A DNA stretch of 63,041 nucleotides from a bacterium (lineage in GTDB: Bacteria > Patescibacteriota > Saccharimonadia > Saccharimonadales > Saccharimonadaceae). Each line of letters opens with the position of its first letter. The first letter of the stretch is position 1. Of this stretch, positions 50,296 to 59,333 are shown piece after piece. Both the position numbers and the translations under genes were made by a program. Where the stretch lies: positions 1 to 63,041 of the forward strand of contig CAVFVK010000001.1 in NCBI GenBank assembly GCA_963626095.1. The letters are read 5' to 3'. The notes under the pieces were generated by a model, which was given only the letters and a program-made list of their open reading frames with translations, searched no databases and was not told the origin of the DNA.

Positions 50296-51321
50296 ATGGC
50301 AACAATCGGCGACGAAATCTTTCACGGACTTATTCTAGCCCTCGCGGGGTTCCTCTTTTCGATGGCTTTAACCCCGTTTTATACCCATTTCGCCTACAAA
50401 TATAAATTTTGGAAACAGCAAAAAACCACCACGGTCGACGGCAAAGATTTACCCATCATGCGCAAACTCCACGCCCACAAATTCAAGCACGTATTTCCGA
50501 CCATGGCGGGGCTTATCGGCGTCGTTTCGGTCACCATGGTTACCTGGATTTTCAACCTTGACCGCGGGCAGACTTGGCTTCCGCTCACGGGTTTTCTCGG
50601 CGGTGCTTTAGTCGGAGTCATTGACGACGTGATCAATATTTTCGGCTCGGGTCGGGGCGCGGCCGGACTTCGTGGCCCGACTAAGTTTTTCCTCATCACC
50701 GTGGTTGGGCTAGCGTTAGGTTGGTTTTTCGCGGTCAAACTCGGTTGGACAGCCATTTTAGTGCCGTTTTTAGGCGATGTCGAGGTCGGCGTCGTCGGCA
50801 TGATTTTGATTTTTGCCTTCGCCGTGGTCGCAACTTCGAACGCCGTGAATATTTCTGACGGTCTCGACGGCCTCTCTGGCGGTCTCGCCATGATGGCCTA
50901 CGGCGCTTACGGCGTCATTGCGCTGTTCCAGGGTAACATTTTGCTCTTTGGTTTTTGTCTTACGGTCGTCGGTTGGCTTTTAAGCTACATCTGGTTCAAC
51001 GTTCCGCCCGCCCGGTTCATGATGGGCGACACCGGCTCATTTGCCCTCGGCGCCGGACTTGGCGTAGTCTCGATGATGACCGATTCCTTCTTGCTATTGC
51101 CGATTATTGGCCTACCTTTCGTCATTGAGGCTGGCTCTAGTCTGCTCCAACTCTTCTGGAAAAAAGTTTTCCACAAAAAACTGTTCATTTCCGCGCCTCT
51201 GCATCATCATCTCGAAGCCATCGGCTGGGGCGAAGCCAAAATCGTGATGCGGTTTTGGATTGTCGCCGGCGTCTGCGCAATTGTTGGCGTCTTTCTTGCC
51301 ACTACTGGGGGTGCCATTTAA
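50296..51321 (+). CDS. mraY: Phospho-MurNAc-pentapeptide transferase
   Basis: PTMAG, NAVNISDGLDGL, MGDTGS, APLHHH. Confidence 0.95.
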   Translation: MATIGDEIFHGLILALAGFLFSMALTPFYTHFAYKYKFWKQQKTTTVDGKDLPIMRKLHAHKFKHVFPTMAGLIGVVSVTMVTWIFNLDRGQTWLPLTGFLGGALVGVIDDVINIFGSGRGAAGLRGPTKFFLITVVGLALGWFFAVKLGWTAILVPFLGDVEVGVVGMILIFAFAVVATSNAVNISDGLDGLSGGLAMMAYGAYGVIALFQGNILLFGFCLTVVGWLLSYIWFNVPPARFMMGDTGSFALGAGLGVVSMMTDSFLLLPIIGLPFVIEAGSSLLQLFWKKVFHKKLFISAPLHHHLEAIGWGEAKIVMRFWIVAGVCAIVGVFLATTGGAI

Positions 51322-52551
51322 ATGTCCATTCGCAAGCACAAATCCGATCTCGTGATTTTGTTCGCGACACTAGTACTGATGGCTATCGGTCTGATCGTCA
51401 TCTATGCCATCGGCCCGATGCGTGCCAACGTTTTGAACAGCACTTACGGCACGAATTATGCCTCCAATTTCTTTTTCCTCGGTCAACTGCGCTCGGTCGG
51501 GCTGGCACTAGTGGCTTTTTTCCTAGCCTTTAAATGTATTCCCGCTAAATATCTCAAAAAATATGCCAAAATCATTATGATTGTAGCCTTAGCCCTCCAA
51601 GGCATGCTTTGGATTCTCGCGCTTGCCCAGTCCGATTTCGCCAAATGCGAACTCGGTGAGTGTCGGTGGTTTAATTTTGGTTTCGCCAGCTTCCAGCCCG
51701 CCGAATTTTTAAAACTTGCCATGGTCATCTACCTCGCCGATTTCCTCACCCGAAAAAGGGAAGCAGGCAAAATTGGTGATTTTAAAGAGTTTTGGCTGCC
51801 TCTCGCCATCGTTTGCGGTCTTTCGCTATTTCTCGTGGTTGTCGCCCAGGGCGACCTCGGTTCGGGCGTCTCGCTTATCGCTATTATTCTCGGCATGTTA
51901 TTTATCTCTGGCGTCTCGACTAAACAATTTCTTATTCTCCTCGCGCTTATCGTCGGTGGTGTCGGCGTCTTATCTACAACCGGCCACCGCGCCGAACGTG
52001 TCGACGCTTGGCTCACCACTCTGACCGGCGGCGAAAGTTCCGATTCTACCTATCATGTCGAAAATGCCATGCTCGCCATCGGCGTGGGTGGATTTTTCGG
52101 TGTTGGCATCGGCAATTCCGTCCAAGCAACCGGTTACCTCCCTGAATCTATCAACGACTCCGTCTTTGCAATCATGGGCGAAACTTTCGGTTTTGTGGGC
52201 CTGTGCCTTATTATCGCCATTTTCGCCGCTCTGCTTCTTCGCATGCTGAGAGTCGCCGACCACACTCCCGATACCGAAAATCGCTTGCTGGTCATCGGCG
52301 TATTTTCGTGGGTTGCGGTGCAGACCGTGGTTAACATTATGGCCATGACTTCGCTTGTGCCAGTTACAGGGGTTACGCTCCCACTCCTCTCTTATGGTGG
52401 CACCAGTATGATATTTGTTGCTTTTGCTTTAGGTCTAGTTTTGCAACTTTCGTGTTATACTAGTAGAGAGGTTAATGTAAAAAATGAAAATATTAGTAGT
52501 CGGGGGCGGCTCGGGGGGACACATCACGCCAGCCGTCGCCGTAGTTCGTGA
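51322..52551 (+). CDS. ftsW: SEDS protein FtsW/RodA
   Basis: FQPAEFLK, GYLPE, LPLLSYGGTS; dcw position. Confidence 0.88.
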   Translation: MSIRKHKSDLVILFATLVLMAIGLIVIYAIGPMRANVLNSTYGTNYASNFFFLGQLRSVGLALVAFFLAFKCIPAKYLKKYAKIIMIVALALQGMLWILALAQSDFAKCELGECRWFNFGFASFQPAEFLKLAMVIYLADFLTRKREAGKIGDFKEFWLPLAIVCGLSLFLVVVAQGDLGSGVSLIAIILGMLFISGVSTKQFLILLALIVGGVGVLSTTGHRAERVDAWLTTLTGGESSDSTYHVENAMLAIGVGGFFGVGIGNSVQATGYLPESINDSVFAIMGETFGFVGLCLIIAIFAALLLRMLRVADHTPDTENRLLVIGVFSWVAVQTVVNIMAMTSLVPVTGVTLPLLSYGGTSMIFVAFALGLVLQLSCYTSREVNVKNENISSRGRLGGTHHASRRRSS

Positions 52552-53710
52552 AATCTTAAAAGAAAAACCCCGCGCCGAGGTCGAATTTTGGACCGACCCC
52601 AAATATTACAAAAACGTCACCAAACTCACCACCGAAATCGGTGTCGCTTGGGGCGAGGAAGTTCGTCGTCGCAAAACCACCTACATCCGCGTTCGTCGTC
52701 TGCCCGCCGGCAAATTCCACCGCTACGCCAACTGGCATTTTAAGGACTACTTCGAGCATCTCGACATCACGCTAAAAGACCTGATTTTCGGCAATATTTG
52801 TGGATTTTTGGGCTTTCTCACGGGTCTTCTCACCAGTTTTTGGCGTCTTTGCCCTCGTCGCAACCGACCAAATGTCATTTTCTTAAAAGGCGGCTACGTT
52901 TGTCTGCCGGTCGGCCTCGTTGCCCGTCTCTTTAAAATCCCTTATATTATTCACGAATCTGACGCTGTCGCGGGGCTAGCCAACCGTATTTTGATGAAAA
53001 AAGCCAAAAAAGTCGCTTTCGGCACCCCCATCCCCGAAGTTATGCAAGAAAATCACCCTAATTACGTCTGGACTGGCATTCCGGTCGGACCAGAATTTCG
53101 CGCCGTTACTCCAGCCCGCCAAACTTCTTTAAAACGTGCTTTTTCGTTCAACCCAGAACGCCCGCTGGTCGTCATCACTGGTGGTTCCCAAGGCTCCGAA
53201 AACTTAAATGAAGCCACTCGCGCCATTTTGCTCGAACTGTTAAAATTCACCTCTGTCGGCTTAGTGGCGGGGCGCAAACACTACGAAGATATGATTGATC
53301 TCAAAAAATACGAAAATTGGGAACATACCGAGCTAGAATCCAACTTCCGTCTCTGGGAATTTAACACCACCATGAACGAACTCATGGGCGCAGCCGATGT
53401 GGTTGTCTCTCGGGCGGGCGCCACCACCATCGCCGAAATGGCAGCTCTTAAAAAAGCGGTCATTCTAGTACCGTTTGAGCGTCTACCTGGCGGTCATCAA
53501 CAAAAAAATGCCGAACGCTTAAAAACTGCCGACGCCGCCGTGGTCGTGAGCGATGTCGACATGGTCGCCGACCCGACCAAACTTCTCGAGGAAATCCGCC
53601 ACCTAGTCCGCTCTCCGCGCCTGCGCGCTGATATGGCCGATCGCCTTCATGGCGAGGCTAGGGCCGATGCCGCAAAACGCCTTGCCGAAATTATCCTCGA
53701 GGAAGCCTAA
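52484..53710 (+). CDS. murG: MurG glycosyltransferase
   Basis: GGGSGGHITP, GGYV, HES, GGSQGS, SRAGATT, HQQKNA. Confidence 0.94.
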   Translation: MKILVVGGGSGGHITPAVAVVREILKEKPRAEVEFWTDPKYYKNVTKLTTEIGVAWGEEVRRRKTTYIRVRRLPAGKFHRYANWHFKDYFEHLDITLKDLIFGNICGFLGFLTGLLTSFWRLCPRRNRPNVIFLKGGYVCLPVGLVARLFKIPYIIHESDAVAGLANRILMKKAKKVAFGTPIPEVMQENHPNYVWTGIPVGPEFRAVTPARQTSLKRAFSFNPERPLVVITGGSQGSENLNEATRAILLELLKFTSVGLVAGRKHYEDMIDLKKYENWEHTELESNFRLWEFNTTMNELMGAADVVVSRAGATTIAEMAALKKAVILVPFERLPGGHQQKNAERLKTADAAVVVSDVDMVADPTKLLEEIRHLVRSPRLRADMADRLHGEARADAAKRLAEIILEEA

Positions 53711-53711
53711 T

Positions 53712-54359
53712 ATGGTTTTTAAGAAAAAATCCCTAAAAAACTCCCCTCAAATCGCGCCCGAACCCCCCAAACCGCCCGAACTAGCCCGTCGGCGCGAAAA
53801 TCGCAATTCTACCTTCAAAATGGGGCGCACCATCGGCGAAAAACGCGAAAAACTCGAAACTAAAAACGAACGCAACCTTGCCAGAAAACAAGACAAAAAA
53901 CGTCAGGCTCGTCGTTTATGGCTAACTATCTTGGGTTTTGTCGCCCTTATCGCATTGTTGATTTTTCTGGCCTTTTTCTTCGTTGGTAGCGGTGAACCAA
54001 TGCCGATTAACACCGCCGACAACGCCACCTCTGCCGAGCCAACAATCGAAATCATCGACGAAGACGCCTCTGCCGGCGGCAAAATCACCAACCGCATGAC
54101 CTCCTATATCGCGCAAGCCGAACAAGACTTCCGCGACCTCGGTTACACCCCTGTAAAAGCCGTCATCCCCACCGGCTCTGTTCGCGAGGTCGATTTCTAC
54201 ATCGACGGCTACACCGGCTTTATCAAGACCACCATCGACCGCGACACCGCCGTTTCGGTCGAAGACGCCGACCGCATGCTCCGCTACCTAACAGGGCAGG
54301 GAACAACCGACTTCACCTATATCGACGTCCGCCTCCCCGGCAAAGCTTACTGGAAATAA
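53712..54359 (+). CDS. FtsQ/DivIB-like bitopic protein (short)
   Basis: Basic N-terminus, single TM, C-terminal YIDVR. Confidence 0.6.
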   Translation: MVFKKKSLKNSPQIAPEPPKPPELARRRENRNSTFKMGRTIGEKREKLETKNERNLARKQDKKRQARRLWLTILGFVALIALLIFLAFFFVGSGEPMPINTADNATSAEPTIEIIDEDASAGGKITNRMTSYIAQAEQDFRDLGYTPVKAVIPTGSVREVDFYIDGYTGFIKTTIDRDTAVSVEDADRMLRYLTGQGTTDFTYIDVRLPGKAYWK

Positions 54360-54601
54360 TCCTCTTCGGGACCGTTTACCAAGAGGGATTCAGAAGCTAG
54401 GGAATTAAGTTCGGTTTTTGTTCGGGGAAAGAAAAAGTAGGGTTTTAAAGAAACGGGGAAATACAGCCCTCGCTAGCTCGCCAAGAGAAAAATACGAAGT
54501 GGGGAAACAAAATGGGGAAAAAGTCAAATCCGCAAAACTGACCGTGGGCAGTCACGAATTGACCGCAGGCGGCTCAAGATGGCTACGGGTGAACCGCTTG
54601 G

Positions 54602-54745
54602 GGCTAGACCAAAGAACGTTTCGCCAGCCTAAGAAAAATCCGAGGAGTTTAGTCAAGACGAGCACGGGAAAGTCCCCGGCGCAGTCCTGATTAAATGACG
54701 AGGATTTTTCCTAGCGCGCCAGCGAAAGAGTTCTTGGGGCTAGCC
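54602..54745. repeat. Long imperfect palindrome
   Basis: GGCTAG/CTAGCC, AAGAAC/GTTCTT, GAAAAATCC/GGATTTTTC, TTTAGTCA/TGATTAAA. Confidence 0.8.
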
Positions 54746-55076
54746 ACTAGTGGACGACTATGTCATCTAGGTCACCTATAGGTCGTTTTTTACGAACCGG
54801 CTGTGGGACAACGGACCGCGAGCTTCCTTTACAAACAGGCTGCAGGACAACCAACTAACCATCTTTTGAATTTACCTGCAATGTCGTAAAATATGTATTG
54901 TACGACATTAAACCTAACTAAAATTGTCGACCCAACAATCGTCCAAAAAACCGCCCAAAACCCACTAGCCCACCAAAACTTTGATTTTTGTTCCCCCACG
55001 ACCGTCAAAATCCAATTTGTCTCCGATTTTATCATTTTGATTTTGGCGACCGCTCAGTCGTCGATCGCCAACCCAC

Positions 55077-58000
55077 CTAATGCCGAATTGTCAAAAATCC
55101 GTCCACCGAATTGTCTTTTTCAGCGTAATCCCCAGGGTCTTTGACCGGTTTTTCCAGGGGTAGGGCAGTATGAGACGGCCGGATTTCCACGGTCGATTTT
55201 TCCTGATATTCCACCTCTGGGCGAACAGGGGAAGAAGCGCCCGCTTTTTTAGGGGCTTCAGGAGAAACATTCTTTCCCTGTTTTTCCCCTGTTGATTTTT
55301 CGGAGGCAACTTTGTTGGCGTTCTTTTTAGCCTTTTTGGCTGTTTTCGTTCCCTTTTTGGACGTGTTTTTAGTTGCGAACCCCGCGTTTTTGACTACAAA
55401 CTTTGTCTCGGTAGCCGTGGAACTCGCGCTTGTAGTCGTGGAACCAGCATTTTTGCCTGCAGGCCTAGCATTTTTTGCCGTAGAACCCACGTAAATGACC
55501 TTAGGAGCCTCGCCAGCCTTAGATTCGACTAACTTAGCCAAATCTTTTAACCCTAGGCTCTCACGGCCTTCTGCGGCGTTTGGGCTTATGTTTTGACGTC
55601 GGAATTCGGCCTGAGGCGTCTCGTCGATCACGAGTTTGGGTTCCTGCCGCCCAGAATCGGCTAATTCCCTCTTATATTTCTCTGATTGCTCGATAGTTTC
55701 ACGAATTTCTTGCTCCACCTCTAACCGCGGCCGGGCAAAATATTCTCGCGAATGTGCCACGATAGCGTCAAAATTATCCATCGGCGAAGAGGGAAGCGAC
55801 AGAGTCGTCGCCGAAAACGCCGGCACTTTTTCCCCACCGATAATCATCGAAATCACGAAGTGGCGGTTATTGAGCTGGATAATATCGCCCTCACTAAAGG
55901 TCGGCTCAAACTGCTTCACCAACACCGGTGCGTCCTCTGGCGAAACTCGGAACGAAATCGTCGTCCCTACGTTGCCAAACACCGCATCGCGAACATTATC
56001 AGTCATCTGGGCGACGTATTGGTTGGCTACAGTCAAATTCAGCCCATATTTCCGCGCTTCCGACAGAATCACCGCGAACGAATCTGTCGCAAAGTTTTGA
56101 AACTCATCCACATAGAGGTAGAACGGTCGCCTATCAGCCACATTCGGGATGTCTGACCGGCTCATCGCCGCAAGCTGGACCTTAGTCACAATAAACGCCC
56201 CAAGAATCGCCGCGTTGTCTTCCCCAATCAGCCCTTTAGACAAGTTTACCACTAAAATCTTCCCCTCATCCATAATTTTTCGAATATCAAACGACGATTT
56301 CGGCTGACCGATGATATTGCGAATAATCGGATTGGCAGTAAACGCCCCCACCTTGTTTAACACCGGCGCGATAGACTCATTCACTTGTTTATCATTCCAT
56401 TGCCCAAACTCGTGCTTCCAAAACTGCAGCACCGTCACATCCGAACAATAATCCAGCGTCTCTTTACGAAAATCCTTATCTGTTAGCAGTCTTGAAATAT
56501 CAAGCAAAGTCGCCTCTGGTCTGTCCAATAGAGCCAGCAAAGTATATCGCAAAATATGCTCAAGCCTCGGCCCCCACGAGTCGCCGAACATCCGTTTTAG
56601 CACCCCAATCACTTCCGAACAAACGTTCGGTTTTTTCGCCGGATCGGTCACTTCTAAGGGGTTAAACGCCACCGGAAAAGCCGTATCGGCCGGATTAAAA
56701 TACACCACGTCCTTAATGCGCGACTCTGGCACAAATCGCAGGTTATCAATCGCAAAATCCCCGTGCGGATCTACAATGCAATACCCCTGATTGTAAAAAA
56801 TGTCCGAGAGTGCCAAAAGTTCCAAAAGCCCGCTCTTCCCCGCCCCAGTTTGCCCAATCACATAAACGTGGCGCGACCGGTCTCGTCGGAGTAGCCCAAA
56901 CTGGTGATTAATTCCTCGAAAATTCGTCAACCCAAACGCTGAAATGTCTTTATCGTGCGATGCCACCCCTGTTATCACCGGCAATTTCGCCGGCGGTTCC
57001 GCCGTTTTCGAGGTCGCCCAAACGATATTTGGCGTCTCCACCGAAGTGTGAGGCAGGTGGTACACCGAAGCCAGCTCCGAAATATTCAAAATAAAGCCAC
57101 GATTAGTAAACTGACGCATTTTATAAGCATCAAGGTCAGCCGGGTTAAAAGTTCCGCCTAGTTGCCGAAAACCGTTTAGATTTGTCGAATTATACTGCTT
57201 AAACGTCCCCACCAACGCCTGCATATTCAGTTTAGCGTCGGTCTGGTCTTTGCCAAGATACACCAACCGAATTTTTACCTCGTATCCCAGTTTGGTCGCC
57301 TTTTCTTCGGCTTTAGCAATCTGGGTTTTCGCCCGTTCGGAAAGCTCAACTTTCACTTCCGACCCAGTTCCCCCGGCCGGCGGCCGAAACAGCGCCCCGA
57401 GCGCCTCCACGATCCAAGTCCAATCAATCCCCACCCCGTTAAACAAAGATTTACGCCCAGATTTAATCCGTTTTACCCACTTATCAGTGGTATTTTTGTG
57501 CCAATCATCCGGAATCGGGCGCGCCAAAATCTGAATCCACATTTCCTCCGAATTTTCAGCGTTCAACTTCGCCAGCGTCCCTGTAATCCCCGCTAGCGGG
57601 TCCACCTCGAACGTATCAAAAGTTTTAATCGGCAGCACCTCGTTTTCGGTCAGAGTCAGCTCGCTCATATAGGTCACCGGATATTCACCCCGCTTATCAG
57701 CATAATCCTCGTTCATCTTGTAAATCTGCACCGTCGGATATTGAGCATAAATCTGCCCCTCGACAAAACTCTGTAAAATTTTCGGCACCCAAACATAAAA
57801 CCGAATCTGCCCCGCCGTCGAAACAATTTCAAACGACAAATGTTCCTGTATTCCGCCAGAGTTTTTCAGTTCCTGTTTGTCGCGCAAAATCCCGTGGAGC
57901 GACGCGAACATCTGCTCCGCCGCCAGCTCTTTTTTGTCGTTTTCGCGCGGAATTTCGAGCATCAGCAGCACCGAATCGACGTTTAACACCTTCAAATTGT

Positions 58001-58097
58001 TTAGCTTGCGATAATTTCGATAGGTTAAAAACGCCAGCACCCCCACCACTGGAATCCAAAATATCGGCATTAAAATAAAATGTATGACGCTTTCCAT
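55077..58097 (-). CDS. VirD4/TraG coupling-protein-like ATPase, paralog of 16546-19077
   Basis: N-terminal TM; GQTGAGKS; DPHGD; LYVDEFQNFATDSF; low-complexity C-terminal tail. Confidence 0.85.
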   Translation of the reverse strand: MESVIHFILMPIFWIPVVGVLAFLTYRNYRKLNNLKVLNVDSVLLMLEIPRENDKKELAAEQMFASLHGILRDKQELKNSGGIQEHLSFEIVSTAGQIRFYVWVPKILQSFVEGQIYAQYPTVQIYKMNEDYADKRGEYPVTYMSELTLTENEVLPIKTFDTFEVDPLAGITGTLAKLNAENSEEMWIQILARPIPDDWHKNTTDKWVKRIKSGRKSLFNGVGIDWTWIVEALGALFRPPAGGTGSEVKVELSERAKTQIAKAEEKATKLGYEVKIRLVYLGKDQTDAKLNMQALVGTFKQYNSTNLNGFRQLGGTFNPADLDAYKMRQFTNRGFILNISELASVYHLPHTSVETPNIVWATSKTAEPPAKLPVITGVASHDKDISAFGLTNFRGINHQFGLLRRDRSRHVYVIGQTGAGKSGLLELLALSDIFYNQGYCIVDPHGDFAIDNLRFVPESRIKDVVYFNPADTAFPVAFNPLEVTDPAKKPNVCSEVIGVLKRMFGDSWGPRLEHILRYTLLALLDRPEATLLDISRLLTDKDFRKETLDYCSDVTVLQFWKHEFGQWNDKQVNESIAPVLNKVGAFTANPIIRNIIGQPKSSFDIRKIMDEGKILVVNLSKGLIGEDNAAILGAFIVTKVQLAAMSRSDIPNVADRRPFYLYVDEFQNFATDSFAVILSEARKYGLNLTVANQYVAQMTDNVRDAVFGNVGTTISFRVSPEDAPVLVKQFEPTFSEGDIIQLNNRHFVISMIIGGEKVPAFSATTLSLPSSPMDNFDAIVAHSREYFARPRLEVEQEIRETIEQSEKYKRELADSGRQEPKLVIDETPQAEFRRQNISPNAAEGRESLGLKDLAKLVESKAGEAPKVIYVGSTAKNARPAGKNAGSTTTSASSTATETKFVVKNAGFATKNTSKKGTKTAKKAKKNANKVASEKSTGEKQGKNVSPEAPKKAGASSPVRPEVEYQEKSTVEIRPSHTALPLEKPVKDPGDYAEKDNSVDGFLTIRH

Positions 58098-58120
58098 ACA
58101 GCTATTATAACATAAAAAAT

Positions 58121-59149
58121 CTAAGCCAACGTATAAGAGTTTTTATCGACTTTCTTGAAGTAATCTTTGTTCTGGAGATTGAGCAAAATCGTGGTTTCTT
58201 TGACTTTGCGCACTTTCAAGACTTGTTTCACGATTTCTTCGCGAGTCAAAGGTCCGCCCGCTTTCTCTAACACCGACTTGATAATCTCCGAAATCGTCCC
58301 CTTCTTATATCCCCAGGTCGAGAGCGCATAGATTCCCCGCCCAATCAGCACAAACCGCGCGTCTTTGATTAGTTCATTGTGAATCGCCTGCACGGTCACA
58401 TTTTTACGCTTAAAATTCGACTCTTTAATCTCTTTGGCAATGTCCGAAAAATGCATCGGTTCTTTTTTGACTTCCAAAATCACAAAAATCTTATCGCGGA
58501 TATTTTTCGGGTTTACAGACGGCCATTTAGCCAGTCCCCACATCCCATTTAAGGTTGCAAGCAACTTAGAAATTGACGCCACGGCTTTTATATGGCTAGG
58601 GTGTTCATAATTTAGCTTTTCGTCAAGTTCCTCTAGCGAAATCGGCTTTTTATTCTCGCGCACGACTTTTACAATCTCGTCCACACGTTCGCGGATTTTT
58701 TTGCTATCCCCGTATTCGGCAATCCCCACCGCGACATTATAGCGGTCATTTTCCTCGACAATAGTCAAATTTTTCGAAAAAGTCGCGATAAAATAGATGC
58801 CGGCCCTTTCGGACGCGGTAGTTTCTCGACCGTAAATCTTGTCGGCGAGGTCGCCCAGTTTCGAAACCCGCCCAGTTTCGGTTAAATTGCGGATTAAAAT
58901 CTTTTCAGCGGCGGCAAGTTCTGGAATTTGTCCTTCTTCGGCACAAATCTGCAGCCGGATTAAAATTGCCTTCTCCAGTTGTCGCACTCGTTCCCTGGTG
59001 ATCGACAGCATTTCGCCAATCTGTTCCAGAGTTTCTTTATTGCCTTTAAGACCAAACCTGCGGGAAATAATTTCCTTCTCGCGTTCTTGTTCAATAATTT
59101 TTAAACTGCCCGAGATTGCATTTTTGAGGATTTCCGCATTTTGGTCCAT
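58121..59149 (-). CDS. Sigma70 region-4 HTH protein with C-terminal HARE-HTH/RNAP-delta-like domains
   Basis: TLEQIGEMLSITRERVRQLE; PMHFSDIA...VQAIHNELIKDARFVLIGRG. Confidence 0.8.
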   Translation of the reverse strand: MDQNAEILKNAISGSLKIIEQEREKEIISRRFGLKGNKETLEQIGEMLSITRERVRQLEKAILIRLQICAEEGQIPELAAAEKILIRNLTETGRVSKLGDLADKIYGRETTASERAGIYFIATFSKNLTIVEENDRYNVAVGIAEYGDSKKIRERVDEIVKVVRENKKPISLEELDEKLNYEHPSHIKAVASISKLLATLNGMWGLAKWPSVNPKNIRDKIFVILEVKKEPMHFSDIAKEIKESNFKRKNVTVQAIHNELIKDARFVLIGRGIYALSTWGYKKGTISEIIKSVLEKAGGPLTREEIVKQVLKVRKVKETTILLNLQNKDYFKKVDKNSYTLA

Positions 59150-59333
59150 CAAGACTCTCCTTATTCCACCCCAGTTAATAATATCAATTCATACTATAAT
59201 ATCATAGATTTTCACTAATGTCAACTATGAAATTATTGTTTTTCTATTATTATTGTATCACATTTTTTACAAAGTTCGAAAAAAATTATACAAAGCATAA
59301 CTTGTTTGCGCGCTGTATCAAAACACTAAGGAG

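Noticed and set aside
52484..52551. 68-bp ftsW/murG overlap as a frameshift
   Set aside because: Both proteins are complete; the FtsW tail is a simple extension
54418..55144. ORFs of 90, 68 and 83 aa in the convergent gap
   Set aside because: No motifs or clear start signals; they overlap palindromic or low-complexity DNA
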